64,000 nucleotides of DNA. It comes from Antedon mediterranea. Taxonomy: Eukaryota; Animalia; Echinodermata. The translations under genes and the position numbers were made by a program. The notes under the pieces are model-generated. The model worked only from the letters and a program-made list of their open reading frames with translations. It was not told where the DNA came from and searched no databases. The stretch covers positions 2,666,001 to 2,730,000 of the forward strand of contig NC_092671.1 in the NCBI RefSeq assembly GCF_964355755.1, in the 5' to 3' direction. Below, in pieces: positions 52,175 to 64,000 of the stretch (positions within the stretch are counted from its first letter, which is position 1; the number at the start of each line of letters is the position of its first letter).

Positions 52175-53069
52175 TAAGTGATTGCTTATCCACCAACCCC
52201 AGCTATTTTGTATCAAATTGTGTTCTACTCACCGATTTATGATGATTGTTATTTTGGTTTTTTGTCAGTAATGAATATGTAATTATTATTATGTTTAATT
52301 GACAATCATTACCTGATATTTTTTTTAGCAAATACAGTTAAATATCCTAAATCCAGACTCCCTTAAAACTTGTCCAAAAAATGGATTTGATAAAAACTTA
52401 TTACTTAGGCAGTGCTTGACTTCAAAAATATAATCTCAACCCTGAATGTATTTCAACAAAATACTGATCTTGTGTGAGTTTGTGTGTTTTAGGGAGTCCA
52501 GTTCTGGGATATTTGACTTAGAGTTATTTTCACTTGAAAACTGTTTAAAGAAATTAAGGCAATACAATTTACAATATAAATAGTGTAAAACCTGCATTTT
52601 TAAAAGAAAAACTGTATTTTTGTAAGAATAGAAACATAGTTACCATTTTTTTGTTGTTGCTAAGGCATACTGCGTTTGATTTGTTGTGTGTGTGAGGAAA
52701 ATCAGGGTATATTGCTTGTATTTTTAATGTACTTTTTTAGGTTCTGAAAAATTCCCAAGCAAGTCCTGAGCTATATAGTGTGAAATTCATGATTTATTTT
52801 AAATGCGGTAGAAATGTCTTTTTGTGATTGTTTTATTACATCAAATCATTTAATGGTACTTTTTTTTTCTTCCAATGTTAGATTTTTGGTTACATCATCA
52901 AAACAACTGATTTGTTTTTTGTTTAAAAAGGTTTAGAATGGGCTTTGATAATAAAATTGAAGATTTAAACAAATTTGACTCGTTTTGTGTTATTTGATTT
53001 CAAGTATAACGTAATAAACTTATTTCATATTATTTACAAAAATTCATATGTTGGCATATTTCAGTTATG

Positions 53070-53117
53070 GTTTGCACATAGAGGTATAAAAATATTTTTA
53101 TACCTCCATGGTTTGCA
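53070..53117. other. 34-bp palindrome flanked by 7-bp direct repeat (candidate P-element excision footprint)
   Basis: GTTTGCA|CATAGAGGTATAAAAAT-ATTTTTATACCTCCATG|GTTTGCA. Confidence 0.7.
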
Positions 53118-53202
53118 TAAATTGGAAAAAAAATCCATTGAAAGAAATTTAAAAGGGTACACTTTCATGATAAACTGGCAACCTTCATGTAAACATCAAA
53201 AG

Positions 53203-56200
53203 ATGGCGGTGACATCAAATTTTGCGACAGTTCCATCTCTTCTTAATTCGTACGTAATGCAGCATTATTAATTAGTATAAAGCAATGCATTGAAGTTATG
53301 AAATATCAAATTAAGTTCAGTTTTTTCTTAAATAGAAAATTAGCTAAGCCTAGGGTGGCTATCCCTGTGCATATACAGAGAAAATCCAACCTGGTTAGAG
53401 TGTGGAGGAGAGAGATCAGTGACTCTCAGCTCAGGATGGCGTCCGACTCTGGCCTAGCTCTCTGACTTAATATATGATACTACTGTATATAGCTTATATA
53501 TTTTTAATGATATAAAATCCTAATAATAATTCTAGGCCTGTAAATGTAAATCCCAATTTCAAGATTGATTTTATTTGTAATTTGGTGATTTGAATCAATT
53601 AGGCCTAGCTAGAGGCCTAGGCTAGTATATCATTTTTAACTTTCCTAATTCTATTTTGACAGGAGTTTACATGCTGTTCTTCATGAGCTTGACGCCTACG
53701 TACATGAGCTACACATGGTTCCACCAAATTTAAAGGATAAGTTCTTGCATTTACTCAGCAAACGAGGCCTCCTAAATGACTCAAATATATCAGAGGTAAT
53801 GACGCATACGTAAAATCTGAACTTTTTGTTTTATTTTATAGCGAAGTAGGAAGACAAAAGAGCTAATTTTATTGGGAACCTCATTTATTGGAACTTTGTA
53901 TAGATATTTTATAAAAATATCTTTTATTTTATAACAAAATCACTTTTTAAAATGTTTTTGTTGAATATGCCATTTTAATTTCACATACAGGTACTTGGAT
54001 TGAAAATAAAAAATGATTTACCTGAAACCATACAATACTGTACTACAATTTAAAGCAAAAAAAAAAAAATAGTCAAATTTACTGGAAAAGTTTTTGGTTG
54101 AATTTAAACGTTATGTTGTCTTTTTATTTGTTTTCTATGAAAGTGAATAACTTCTTTAAAAATGCAAAATGGACTATTAAATTAAAATTAGACCTTCATT
54201 TTTGCTTTTGGGGGACAATATGTCTTTTACTTATTGTATGATATAGAATAGATATCATCAGATATCAAAGTGACCAGCGATTATATTTTTTGCTTATGTA
54301 TTATGTAATTTATTAAAATCATAATCTATTTTTAACAGTTAGTCCACAACAAAACGAAGACCCTTGATTTGAGTGAATGTGACATCACTGATGAGTCGCT
54401 CCATAAACTGTCATCGTGTAGGAATCTTTGTAAAATTGACCTGAACGCCACAAAAGAAAACAGGACATCGATAACATCACTTGGTATGTAAATAAGTTCA
54501 TTTGCATAAGTGTCATTATTGACAGAAGTTTCAAGGAGGTCCAAGTCAAAATTGAAACATTTTCAACTGTATTACATGTGGTGCATGTTATCATGGAAGG
54601 TTTTTTTTAAGTTTAGGTTACAGCCTACAGTATGATCATATGTGAAACACATGCTATGCTGTATCATGGAATTTGTCTATGATACTTGACAAATTTAGAT
54701 ACAGTACATGAGAATCAAGTTGAAAATTTGTGCTGAATATGAATACTAATAAAATAGTACAACAACAAATTCATAATTTGATTTGAGATTAATTTAAATT
54801 CATATTTGCAGGTGTAGAAGCTTTATCCAGATCCTGTCCTCACTTACAGACAGTTTACCTCAGAAGGTGTACCCTGATCACAGACCCCGCCGTGATTGCC
54901 ATCGCTCAGAACTGCCGATATCTAAGACATTTGAACATCGGTGGATGCTGTCTGATAACTGACATCTCATTGGCAGCTTTAGGACAAAATTCAACAATGT
55001 TGAGCAGTTTTAACTTCTCAAAAACACAAGTAAGAAATTCAGGAATACTGCAGGATTATGAAGATTAGATTTATTTATGGTTACAGATATACTTGATCAA
55101 ACTGCCTTGTTTTTGTCACCTAAATGGGCACCATGCACTATGGTTGATTGTGACAGGTTAATTGACAAATCTTGTGCACTAATATTATTCACGTTGAAGG
55201 CCATAATAGTAACAAATTAAAGTACACATTTATTCAAACAAAATCATAATGAATAATGTTGCCAATGACCTGAAACTTTCGGCAGAAATCAACAGAAGTA
55301 ATAAGTTAACATAACATCGGTATGGGTTCAAGGCTCGCTCCATGGTGGTGAATAAGGACTATAAACCGTAGGTCCATTGTACACATCTAGCTCATTTAAG
55401 AACCTTTAAACTTTAACGAATTTAGTACATGTTTCGAGATGATTAGGGGGTTACCCCGGTGTACCACACACACACAGCCACTGTCGCACACATTCATCAT
55501 AACTGGGCCTTTTGGAAGGCCACAAAATATAAAGAAATAATAGATTTACTTTCATTGGAAGACTCAACCTGTGATGTTCTAAGTCAACTAGGCATTAAGC
55601 TCTGTCTACACTATCAAACTAGTTTGACAAAAAAAATGTGATGTGCCCAAATATGGTAGTGACTGATATGCTTAAATGTGGTAATAATATGACATCATCA
55701 CATTTTATTGTCACATAAAGTTTGATAGTGTAGACAGAGAAGGGGTGAATAGGATTGATTCATAGGGTTTGATTCCACCTAAAGCCTAAAATATGAGGAT
55801 ATTCAGTATTCATATTTATCAACACTTTCTTTATCAATGTACCATTCTAAATCTACTGTTTTCTAGGTGTCGGATGAGGGTGTTCTAAGCCTAGCTATGG
55901 GTGTGTGTAAACAGTCCCTGAAAGAGGTGCACATGGACCATTGTGCACAACTTACTGATGAAGCTGTTGAGGCTATAGTTGGGTTCTGTCCAAAAGTTAC
56001 TTTTCTCATCTTCCATGGATGTCCTAAAATTACAGGTATGTAATGTGTTAACCACTTACAAATTCTGAAACATGCACGTAACCAGAACAAAAATGGTTTA
56101 TGGCAATTCTTAATATCAACAATATATAAATACATGGCATAGTTTATAGCTATAGCACCCTCTTCTGCTTAATTAAAATCTAACAACAAACCTTTGGGAC

Positions 56201-56534
56201 TCAACAAAATGTCACCTTAATAGGAGTGTCTCTCTAGTAGGAGTTGACCATGTGTTAAAAGGGCATTGTTTGTTTCACTGGTGGGAAAGTAGCCTCTAAA
56301 TTAGGGGTCCTACTGTTTTGAAGTTAATTCATTGTGTGCATACTACAGTACTAGGACATTTGGTCCTCGCTTAGTTGACACACTTCTGGCAGGTTCTAGG
56401 TCTAGGCAACAACCAATGATGAAAGTTTTATTGATAGTATTCACTTCTTTCCCTCAGAACGATCAAGACAAGCCTTGGAAGAGTTGCATGGACCAAATTC
56501 ACAAATGAAACAGTTAACATGGACGGTTTATTGA
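53203..56534 (+). CDS. AMN1: Protein AMN1 homolog (leucine-rich repeats), 6 exons, 262 aa
   Basis: Exons 53203-53249, 53663-53795, 54339-54483, 54812-55029, 55867-56035, 56458-56534, all in phase. Motifs PPNLKDK..LNDSNISELVH..TLDLSECDITD, GGCCLITDISL, FHGCPKIT, and C-terminal KQLTWTVY*. Confidence 0.95.
55315..55535 (+). mobile_element. tRNA-derived SINE, same family, in AMN1 intron 4
   Basis: GGGTTCAAG B box, AATAAGGACTATAAACCGTAGGTCC core, AGGGGGTTACCCCGG. Confidence 0.7.
55598..55740. mobile_element. MITE family A
   Basis: Family TIRs at both ends. Confidence 0.88.
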
Positions 56535-57351
56535 TATTTCAAACCCAGAGATTGCAATTTGTGTTAAGATTCACTTCATTGTAAGACAGATATTGTGTGC
56601 ATACACAGCCAATACTATACTGTGCAAGGAATGTAAAATGTTATCATTGTTTTACTATATTAAGGAAGATTTCCAAAGATTTTCAATAGCAAATTATTTC
56701 TGGTGACAATCTATCAAAGACAACACACACAAGATATGTTGTTTTTTGGCATCGAGCAGTATTATGTTTATAATGTAAAATTGGGAGATTTTGTTTTATA
56801 GAATTAAATATAATTTATACATATTATACAAAGTTTATATTTAACATTTTTATTATAGTTTATATCGAGTGGAATATAGCCTTCTATGTTTGTGGTGTTT
56901 ATATTAGGGAATTTACGCAACAGGATGGAACATGTTTACACTATCAAAGTAGTCTTAGAATTATGCATTGAAATAAAATGGTGCTATGAAATCTTAATAA
57001 TGTAGTTTGTATTTTGTGAAACATTAACAAACCATTACTGAACAATATTATTTTTTACTTTTATTTTATAAACATAATTTCAATTTAGCACAAATTTGTT
57101 GCAGCTGTTGATTTAATAGCCATTTCATTTACAACATTTCATACATGTAAACCAACAAGCAATGGGTAGGTCTTCTTGGTGTTGGGGGCTCCTGGCAATA
57201 TCTCTGCCTTATGAGGGAGGGGTGGGAATACCTATCCTAACTCCGTCCAATACACTCTTGATCTAAACTGTACCATTGGTCGTGTTGTCGTCTATACTGT
57301 TTAATGCACTGGCCATTGCCAAGTAATTTTCTGGGTGCAATATCCCAAGTG

Positions 57352-60300
57352 TCATGTTGGTTTGACAGGTAGTGTCAGTGTTAGTACCTGTAAATACATA
57401 AATATATTATGATTAAAATTATCAATATCATCCACAAAATAAAGAATGTTGATTTTTATTAAGCTCTGTCTACACTATCAAACTAGTTTGACAAAAAAAG
57501 TGTGATGTGCCCAAATATGGTAGTGATATGCCTAAATACGGTAGTGATATGACTTCATGTCCATATATAGGCACATCACATTTTTTTGTCACATAAAGTT
57601 TGGCTTTAAAGGCTTTAAAGTAATCCCATGATTTGTGATTTTGATTTCCCAGAGTCCTACAGAAAGTAAATGGTATTTGTTTTCTCTTTTACCGTATTAT
57701 CTCTATTATATTGGGCTCCTGATTCATCTTGTACGATATCAAACGGAAGATAGACATCCATAAGGTAAACGTTTGGCCTAGCTTTTAGTAAAATTCGATC
57801 TTCACCTAAATCCAATGTTAAAGATTTGGCTGTTTTCTGTAAAGTAGAAACAATATTAATTAATGACATCTAAACAATTATCAATGAAATGCATAATTTA
57901 TGGTCTTATAGCATGGCACTTAACATTTTTGTCTTATGATCTCAGAGTCTTGGGTAAAATTCTGATCTAAATTTTTGTTTGTGGATAGACCACAGCTGGA
58001 TTGTTTTCTTGTTATAATAATTAAACTACTCACTACGTTTGGTAACTGCACTTCAACAACTATAAACTCGGGCTGTCCGTCAATCGGTTCCCGCATCATT
58101 ATGTATTTTGGTTCAGGAACGGATGGTTGATGTGAATCATCAACTTCAGTTATTAATTTCTTTGTTTGTTTTATCTGAACATCAGCCGTTTCTTCAATCG
58201 AATCCATTTCTAAAATTCTTGGTTTAGATTTTTTACGAATATTATGTTGCTGTAGAGGCCCCATAGTTTTGCGATGCTTTAAAATTGTCCATTCTGTAAA
58301 ATATAAACCAACATATTAATTGATACCAATATTGCAGTGTAGGTATCCTTATGCATTCCATTACTGCCAATATAATGCACAGTTGGCACACTCAATTCAC
58401 CCATCATATGTATGGCTACTGTAGACCCCCACCTCCATTCAGGGGACACATTCTATGAAACTAAGAAAAGCCAATGTATGTTGTAACCCTATGACCAATC
58501 AACATTAAGGGATATCCCTATTAAGGGGACACTATTAAGTGCCAATAATGTTTACCCATTGACCTATGACCAACCTCTATTAAGGGGACACTATTAAGTG
58601 CCAATAATGTTTACCCATAGACCTATGACCAACCTCTATTAAGGGGACACTATTAAGTGCCAATAATGTTTACCCATTGACCAACCTCTATTAAGGGGAC
58701 ACTTACCATGGTTTCTATCAACAGCTAACTTGAACTTGTTTTCAATTCCTTCATACACAACGGTGACAAAGAACCCTTTAAAGAAATTACTCTTACTGAT
58801 CTTGGCGTAAAATTCTTGACTAATAAGAACATCGTAGGCAGTACAGCCTTTACCAGCTAAACAAAAAAAAAATCATTTAAATTTCAATTAAAGTATCTGT
58901 TGTTAAAATCTAACTGTAAGTGGATTTTGAGAACACAAGCAGTTTTGCTGGACCAGATGTCCCAACTTTAAAAAAATAAATAATCGGGAGATTTACAAAT
59001 TCATAGCCAAACAATAGAGGGTGCTATAATTGTTTTAATACATCCAACAAATAGAGGGTGCTATTTACAATAATCTATGGCATCAGAATCTATAGAAAAC
59101 ATTGGGTATGCCTGGCACTCTAAAGCTATCAAACATTATGCGACAAAAAATGTGATATGCCCATATATGGACATAATGATCAAATATGGTAGTGATACGA
59201 ACTAGTTTGATAGTGTAGATAAAGCTTAAGCATGACAGATCAAAAGGAGCCTATGGTATCATTATAAACAGACCTTTGTCAATTTCAGCATGAGCTTCCC
59301 CAAGGCTCATAGGAACCCTGTAATCACCAGGTTCATCTGACTGCAAAATCTGTACTAACTCTTCTTCTGTGATGTCTAAGGGCGAGGGCATCTAAAGATG
59401 TAAACCAAATTATATATAATATATGAGAGAAACTGTTGGTGTATGGTGTTAAGCTCTGTCTACACTATCAAACTATTTTGTCAAAATATGCCCAAATATG
59501 GTAGTGATATGACATCATTTGTCGTATTCGATTGGGAACTTTCGTTGTCAACGTAAAGATTCGTTGAGTACTTTTTGTATTCGAATTGTAAATTTGTGCT
59601 CAACATACAGAAAGTCATTCGAATAGAAAACGTTGACAACGAAAGCTTTTTCGTTAAGAACAATCTCAACGCTCAAAATACTCTGTTAAAAAAGTACTCA
59701 ACGGAAAAACTGTACTCAACGGTGAAAGTCTAAATCGAATACGACAATTGTGTCCATATATGGGCACATCACATTAGTTTGTGACATAAAGTTTGATAGT
59801 GTAGACAGAGCTTTATGGTAAGTGTCTATCAACATGGTATTCTTGGTTCGGTGACCCTGAGCATTATGTATGACATTAAAATGTTTGTGTCAGAACTCAT
59901 AACTCAAACACTAGTACAGTAATGTTTTTTGACACATTCCGAAAGTGTCATATTTATATAAATACTATAAATAGTGTAAATGACAAACATTTTCGGGACA
60001 TAAATCATCAACAGGTACTGAGAGGAAGTATTCCATAACAAATGTAGATCGTAGTGAGAAGGTACAAGATAATTCCAATTTAACAAGGTAACAGAATAGA
60101 GAGGGAGAGGAAGGGACTTAAAGCTCAGTCGGTAGAGCATGAGACTCTTAATCTCAAGGTTGTGGGTTCAACCACACATTTTTTCATGGGACTGCAGACT
60201 CTGAAAGTTATAGTATTCTTATTTACTTTAACAGTCCCTGACCAATTCGTTCTGTATTTTTTACTTTATGGTTCCTCTATGGTTAAATGAATAAAAAGTT

Positions 60301-60869
60301 AGTTGTGTTTGTACCTCTGACGATTGGCAGATGTTTATAAAGATCTTGTTTCCATGGAGATCTTTTGTTTTGACACACATGCCTGGCTGAGGTTGAACCA
60401 AGTTACATTCTGGTTCCTTTGACTCCATGTTGTGCATCTCGGAAGCCTGTTCAAAATAACAACAAATTAAAATGATGACGATTAAATAAATAAGAAAGCA
60501 AAGTATGATTGATTATAAATTGTGATTTTACAGTACGAATTAACAAAATGAACTGGCTAGTGGATAATATGTTGTACTAAAAGCTCTGTCTACACTATCA
60601 AACTAGTTTGACAAAAAAAGTGTGCCTAAAAATGGTAGTGATACGACATCATCATGTCCATAGGCACATCACATTTTTGTTGTCACATAATGTTTGATAG
60701 TGTAGACAGAGATTTACAGACAGTTTTGAAAAAAGTTGTGTCTGATTGAAATGTTCTTCATGGATGTCTCATAATTAAGCGTTTAATTAACCTGTAGTAA
60801 AAGTTCCTTGTAAAGTCTCTCCTCCTCTTCACTCGGAGGTTGGTCTAGTAAACTCTGGTTTATTTCCAT
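57352..60869 (-). CDS. PIH1D1: PIH1 domain-containing protein 1 (R2TP co-chaperone), 7 coding exons, 305 aa
   Basis: Exons 60792-60869, 60315-60446, 59274-59391, 58707-58856, 58034-58293, 57693-57836, 57352-57387, all in phase. Motifs ELLLQAS, QPQPGMCVKT..KIFINIC, ITEEEL, YRVPMSLGEAHAEIDK.GKGCTAYDV, LDLGEDR, VLTLTLPV. Confidence 0.95.
57462..57602. mobile_element. MITE family A, right end truncated
   Basis: Left TIR AGCTCTGTCTACACTATCAAACT and family body. Confidence 0.85.
58487..58703. repeat. 59-bp tandem repeat (about 3.5 units) in PIH1D1 intron 4
   Basis: CCTATGACCAACCTCTATTAAGGGGACACTATTAAGTGCCAATAATGTTTACCCAT repeated. Confidence 0.9.
59117..59226. mobile_element. Degenerate MITE family A copy
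   Basis: CTATCAAAC..GACAAAAAATGTGATATGCCCATATATGGACAT..ACTAGTTTGATAGTGTAGA. Confidence 0.7.
59452..59812. mobile_element. MITE family A with TTA TSD, carrying a nested family C insertion
   Basis: TTA|AGCTCTGTC...GACAGAGCT|TTA; a 3-bp TWA TSD is typical of PIF/Harbinger. Confidence 0.9.
59520..59746. mobile_element. MITE family C nested in family A
   Basis: ATT|TGTCGTATTCGATT...AATCGAATACGACA|ATT. Confidence 0.88.
60114..60186 (+). pseudogene. tRNA-Lys(CTT)-derived pseudogene/fragment in PIH1D1 intron 2
   Basis: AGCTCAGTCGGTAGAGCATGAGACTCTTAATCTCA matches the D and anticodon arms of eukaryotic tRNA-Lys-CTT. The T arm is mutated and the acceptor stem does not pair. Confidence 0.8.
60582..60713. 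mobile_element. MITE family A
   Basis: Family TIRs at both ends. Confidence 0.85.
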
Positions 60870-61399
60870 CTTGCAATCCTACTCTCCAGGCAGTTATTTT
60901 GTAGATGAAGACTCTGTAAATAAACAAAAACTGATTATAAAATATTATAAAAACTGAAAAACCATTGTTCTTTATTCTTTATATCAAAAGAAAGAAAAAA
61001 ACATAGATTGGAGAATGTATGGCACTTTCACTTCATTATTTATGGTTTTTACATGTATATGTTTACTAAAAATGGTACTATGTAGTCTGCCTAAAGAGTG
61101 TTAATTCGCTAGGCCTGTCTGCCCAGGCCACAGGTAGGTAGAGAAGAGTTATCGTGAGGGAGGGATGGCGATGTGATCCCAATCTCGTTTTATTTTATGT
61201 AATGACGAAAAAGAGTAGGCCTAGACAGGATGGATGTTTTAAAGTAGAAGTAACTTCCAGATACATTATATACTTTAAATTATCAACCTTTATTACTTAT
61301 GTTTAAACTACATACGTATTATAATGTCAAAAATTAATAACGTCTGTCCTATACAAGGAATTAAATTGACAATAAATTGATCACGAACTCGGTCTGTTT

Positions 61400-61524
61400 G
61401 ATTGAACCACCAATTTACAAAAGATAACATTACATAGCGCCCTCTAACTGAGAACAACATTTTCAACCAATCATTTGCCAGAAATTTGTCATCTGCTAGA
61501 AACCAGCCAATCATTGACGTTGCC
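61400..61524. promoter_or_regulatory. Probable (bidirectional) promoter with three CCAAT boxes, a TGACGT site and a CTCF-like AGCGCCCTCT
   Basis: CCAAT at ~61410, ~61467 and ~61507; TGACGT at ~61515. Lies upstream of PIH1D1 (-) and of GCCATG...AG|GTAAAT (+). Confidence 0.55.
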
Positions 61525-61553
61525 ATGTCGGCCATAGTTATAGACGCCGTGAG
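61525..61553 (+). other. Candidate first exon of an unidentified plus-strand gene
   Basis: GCCATG Kozak context, MSAIVIDAV, donor GTAAAT at 61554, directly after the CCAAT cluster. Confidence 0.35.
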
Positions 61554-64000
61554 GTAAATTGACATTCAACAATTTCCGCTTGAGCTTTACCACAACATTT
61601 AAAGATTTTTCTTTTATATAAACTTTATCATTTAAAATACAAGTACCTTAAACTACTTGTTGAAACATACAAGAAGGCACAATGTATCATCATGACAGTG
61701 GGTAAGTACTTCCTCAGTCTTATTTAAGAAACACACCTTGAATGTATGTTCCAACCACCACTACTACTGGACTGCTGGAATACCACAACCAACCAACAAG
61801 ACATTTCTTTTTTATTTTTTCCAACTGATACTGAGTCACCAATCCTACCTGTAGGCTGTGTTTATGAGAATGATATAATGTCAAGGAAGAAATGTAGCAT
61901 GTCAATTGAATGAGTGTAGGGCCTATATTTGCCTTTTAAGTTTTGTAACATGTGTTTACAAATTAAAATAACATTAATTAGGGTTGATGAAAACACTTAC
62001 ATTAAAAATTAAAAAGGTACACTTCTTGCTTGAATGAATGCAATGTTCTTAAATTTAAATGATGGTGTTGATTGTCGAATATATTATCATGCTCATCACG
62101 CTTTGTACAACAATTCATTTAATCATTGATTAAAAACAGCAATGCTGATACACAGTAGCTATTCAAAAAAATGTCAGTGAACAAGAAATAAATTACTTGC
62201 TTGAAAATATAGGCCTAATTAATATGACACGATCTAGTTAATCGTTGAAGATAATACTGTGCGTACTACAACATGATATTATTTTAGGAGCATTGAATGA
62301 TTTGCAATCAACTTTAAAATTGATTGTTATTAATGATAAATGACAACCAAATGTTAAAAGTATTGAAGGCCATCACATATTTTGTACACTACAGTATTGA
62401 GGGAGTGTGACTGAGTAGAACGAGTTATGAGTTTACAGCATTGGCACTAGGCTAGGTCGGGATTGAACCCTGGACATTGGATTTTGAAGGCAAGCATGTC
62501 GTGCAAGCTATAACTCTACTATTGATCAAGTTCTATTATTTTCATCATGTTGGAAAAATATAAAAAACAAGTTCTTCCTCGTTGATAAACCGAACACTGT
62601 TTTATGCCATGACAACTTTCGTAAAGAGGAGTACACTACGTGAAATGTTGCATTGGTTGAGTTGCAGAATTTTTTTTCCAGTGGGAACTTACTGCACTAA
62701 TTATATGACATAATCTTAACTCAGTTGTCATGGTGATATATCATATACTATTTCCTAGTAACATTGTTACTGTACATTCTAAAAATACTTAAATCTTAAA
62801 CAAAGCCATGTGTATCACACTTTGAAGTTGCTATTATAGAGTTCCAATAACAATCCAAAAATACCTGGCAGATTATGCTATTACAATTTACATTAAGTAT
62901 CCAGTTGAAATACCCCAGTTTCTACATTAATGTTAAATTAAGTCCTTTCCTTACTTTTGCTGATATAGATTTCTATTATACTGTAAATTGGATTTAATAT
63001 TAAATTTTATAGTAGACTGATTCTTAAATTATAAATACAGTTGTCAATTTCCATATTGTTAATGTTACTGTAGATGTCTTAATTCATATAGTTACTCAAA
63101 ATGGTGTTTAATTGCTTGTTGCAAACTCCCTTGAGTCTTGTTAAATGAAGTGTACTGAATAAATTACATAACAGATGCATACACTATAGTACCAAATACT
63201 CTTAAAGCATGTTGCTGTTCCGTTGGTGACAGCTGGCCATCTCCTCCGGTTGCGCCGGCTCGTCTTGTGTTATGATGTCTTGATTGCCAAAGTCAAGCTG
63301 AAGCCTGGTGTGGATTTTCCATTGCAGTAGTCGACACCTGAATGGATCGCCTGTTCTTGTTAAATGTACTGTGTAATCAAACACTGGTTTGTTGACGCTC
63401 AAAGCACAGACTGTTGCTTGGTGTTATTTAGTTTGTTAAACTTTTATGTCATACGGTACCGGTAGTTAAGTTAAATGCCACAGTACAATATGAATAGAAA
63501 ATTTGCCATTGTTAGAATTAATCAAACAAAAGTCTGTCTATATCTATTGTATTATTTTAAGCATTTTGCCATTTCAAAGAAACAGTACAGTACCTCCTTT
63601 ACCTAACTTATTTTAACCTCCTAATTTAAATACAGTTGTGTTGTATTTTATGATGGTCTGTACTTTCTGATTGCAATAAAAACATTTTTGGATTTTGGAC
63701 GTTCAGTTCTGTAAGTGCATGTTCTGTATTCTCTTAAAAAACATTGAAGAAAGAAGACAACCAATTGTTTGTGCTGTACCTGAGCAATAGAATTATCTAA
63801 AATCCTTCTTCGTTTCATAATCCATGGAAACCATCGGGGAAGGATCCAATTTTTCAAAATGATGATAGTACTGTACATCAAAAACCACTTCATACTGTAT
63901 GTAGTTTCATTTTAGCTGTCAAAAAAAAAGAGTGCTCAACCATAGAGCACAATCCCTGGAAATTAATTAGTACAATACAGTTGTTGGTATCTAATTTATA

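Noticed and set aside
63202-63402. 66-aa minus-strand ORF
   Set aside because: Non-ATG start, no homology recognised, and no clear splice sites.
61980-63900. C/D box snoRNAs in a host gene
   Set aside because: TGATGA motifs are present but lack a properly spaced CTGA box and terminal stem.

Overview
AT-rich, intron-rich animal genomic DNA, probably a marine invertebrate deuterostome such as an echinoderm (inferred from gene structure and repeat types). Five spliced protein-coding genes can be assembled by hand with GT-AG introns in consistent phase: MRPL23 (+), NDUFB8 (-, last exons uncertain), a GAS2-family CH+GAR gene (+), AMN1 (+) and PIH1D1 (-). There is also a possible first exon of a sixth gene near 61.5 kb and a cryptic minus-strand spliced unit at 8.7-11.7 kb. 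Mobile DNA includes an open-ORF CR1/L2-group LINE at the left edge, a 5'-truncated, frameshifted Gypsy pol, a Ginger-like 801-bp TIR element with a 4-bp TSD, Rex1 and CR1 remnants, tRNA-SINEs, and several MITE families, one nested inside another. The most striking unexplained structure looks like a record of DNA-transposon excision scars. These are 18-35 bp palindromes flanked by 7-bp direct repeats (one is exactly 17+17 bp, as expected for a P-element footprint), dense TACAGTA/TACTGTA clusters, and TAGGCCTA/CTAG clusters in promoter-proximal introns. All homologies were recognised by eye; no database search was run.
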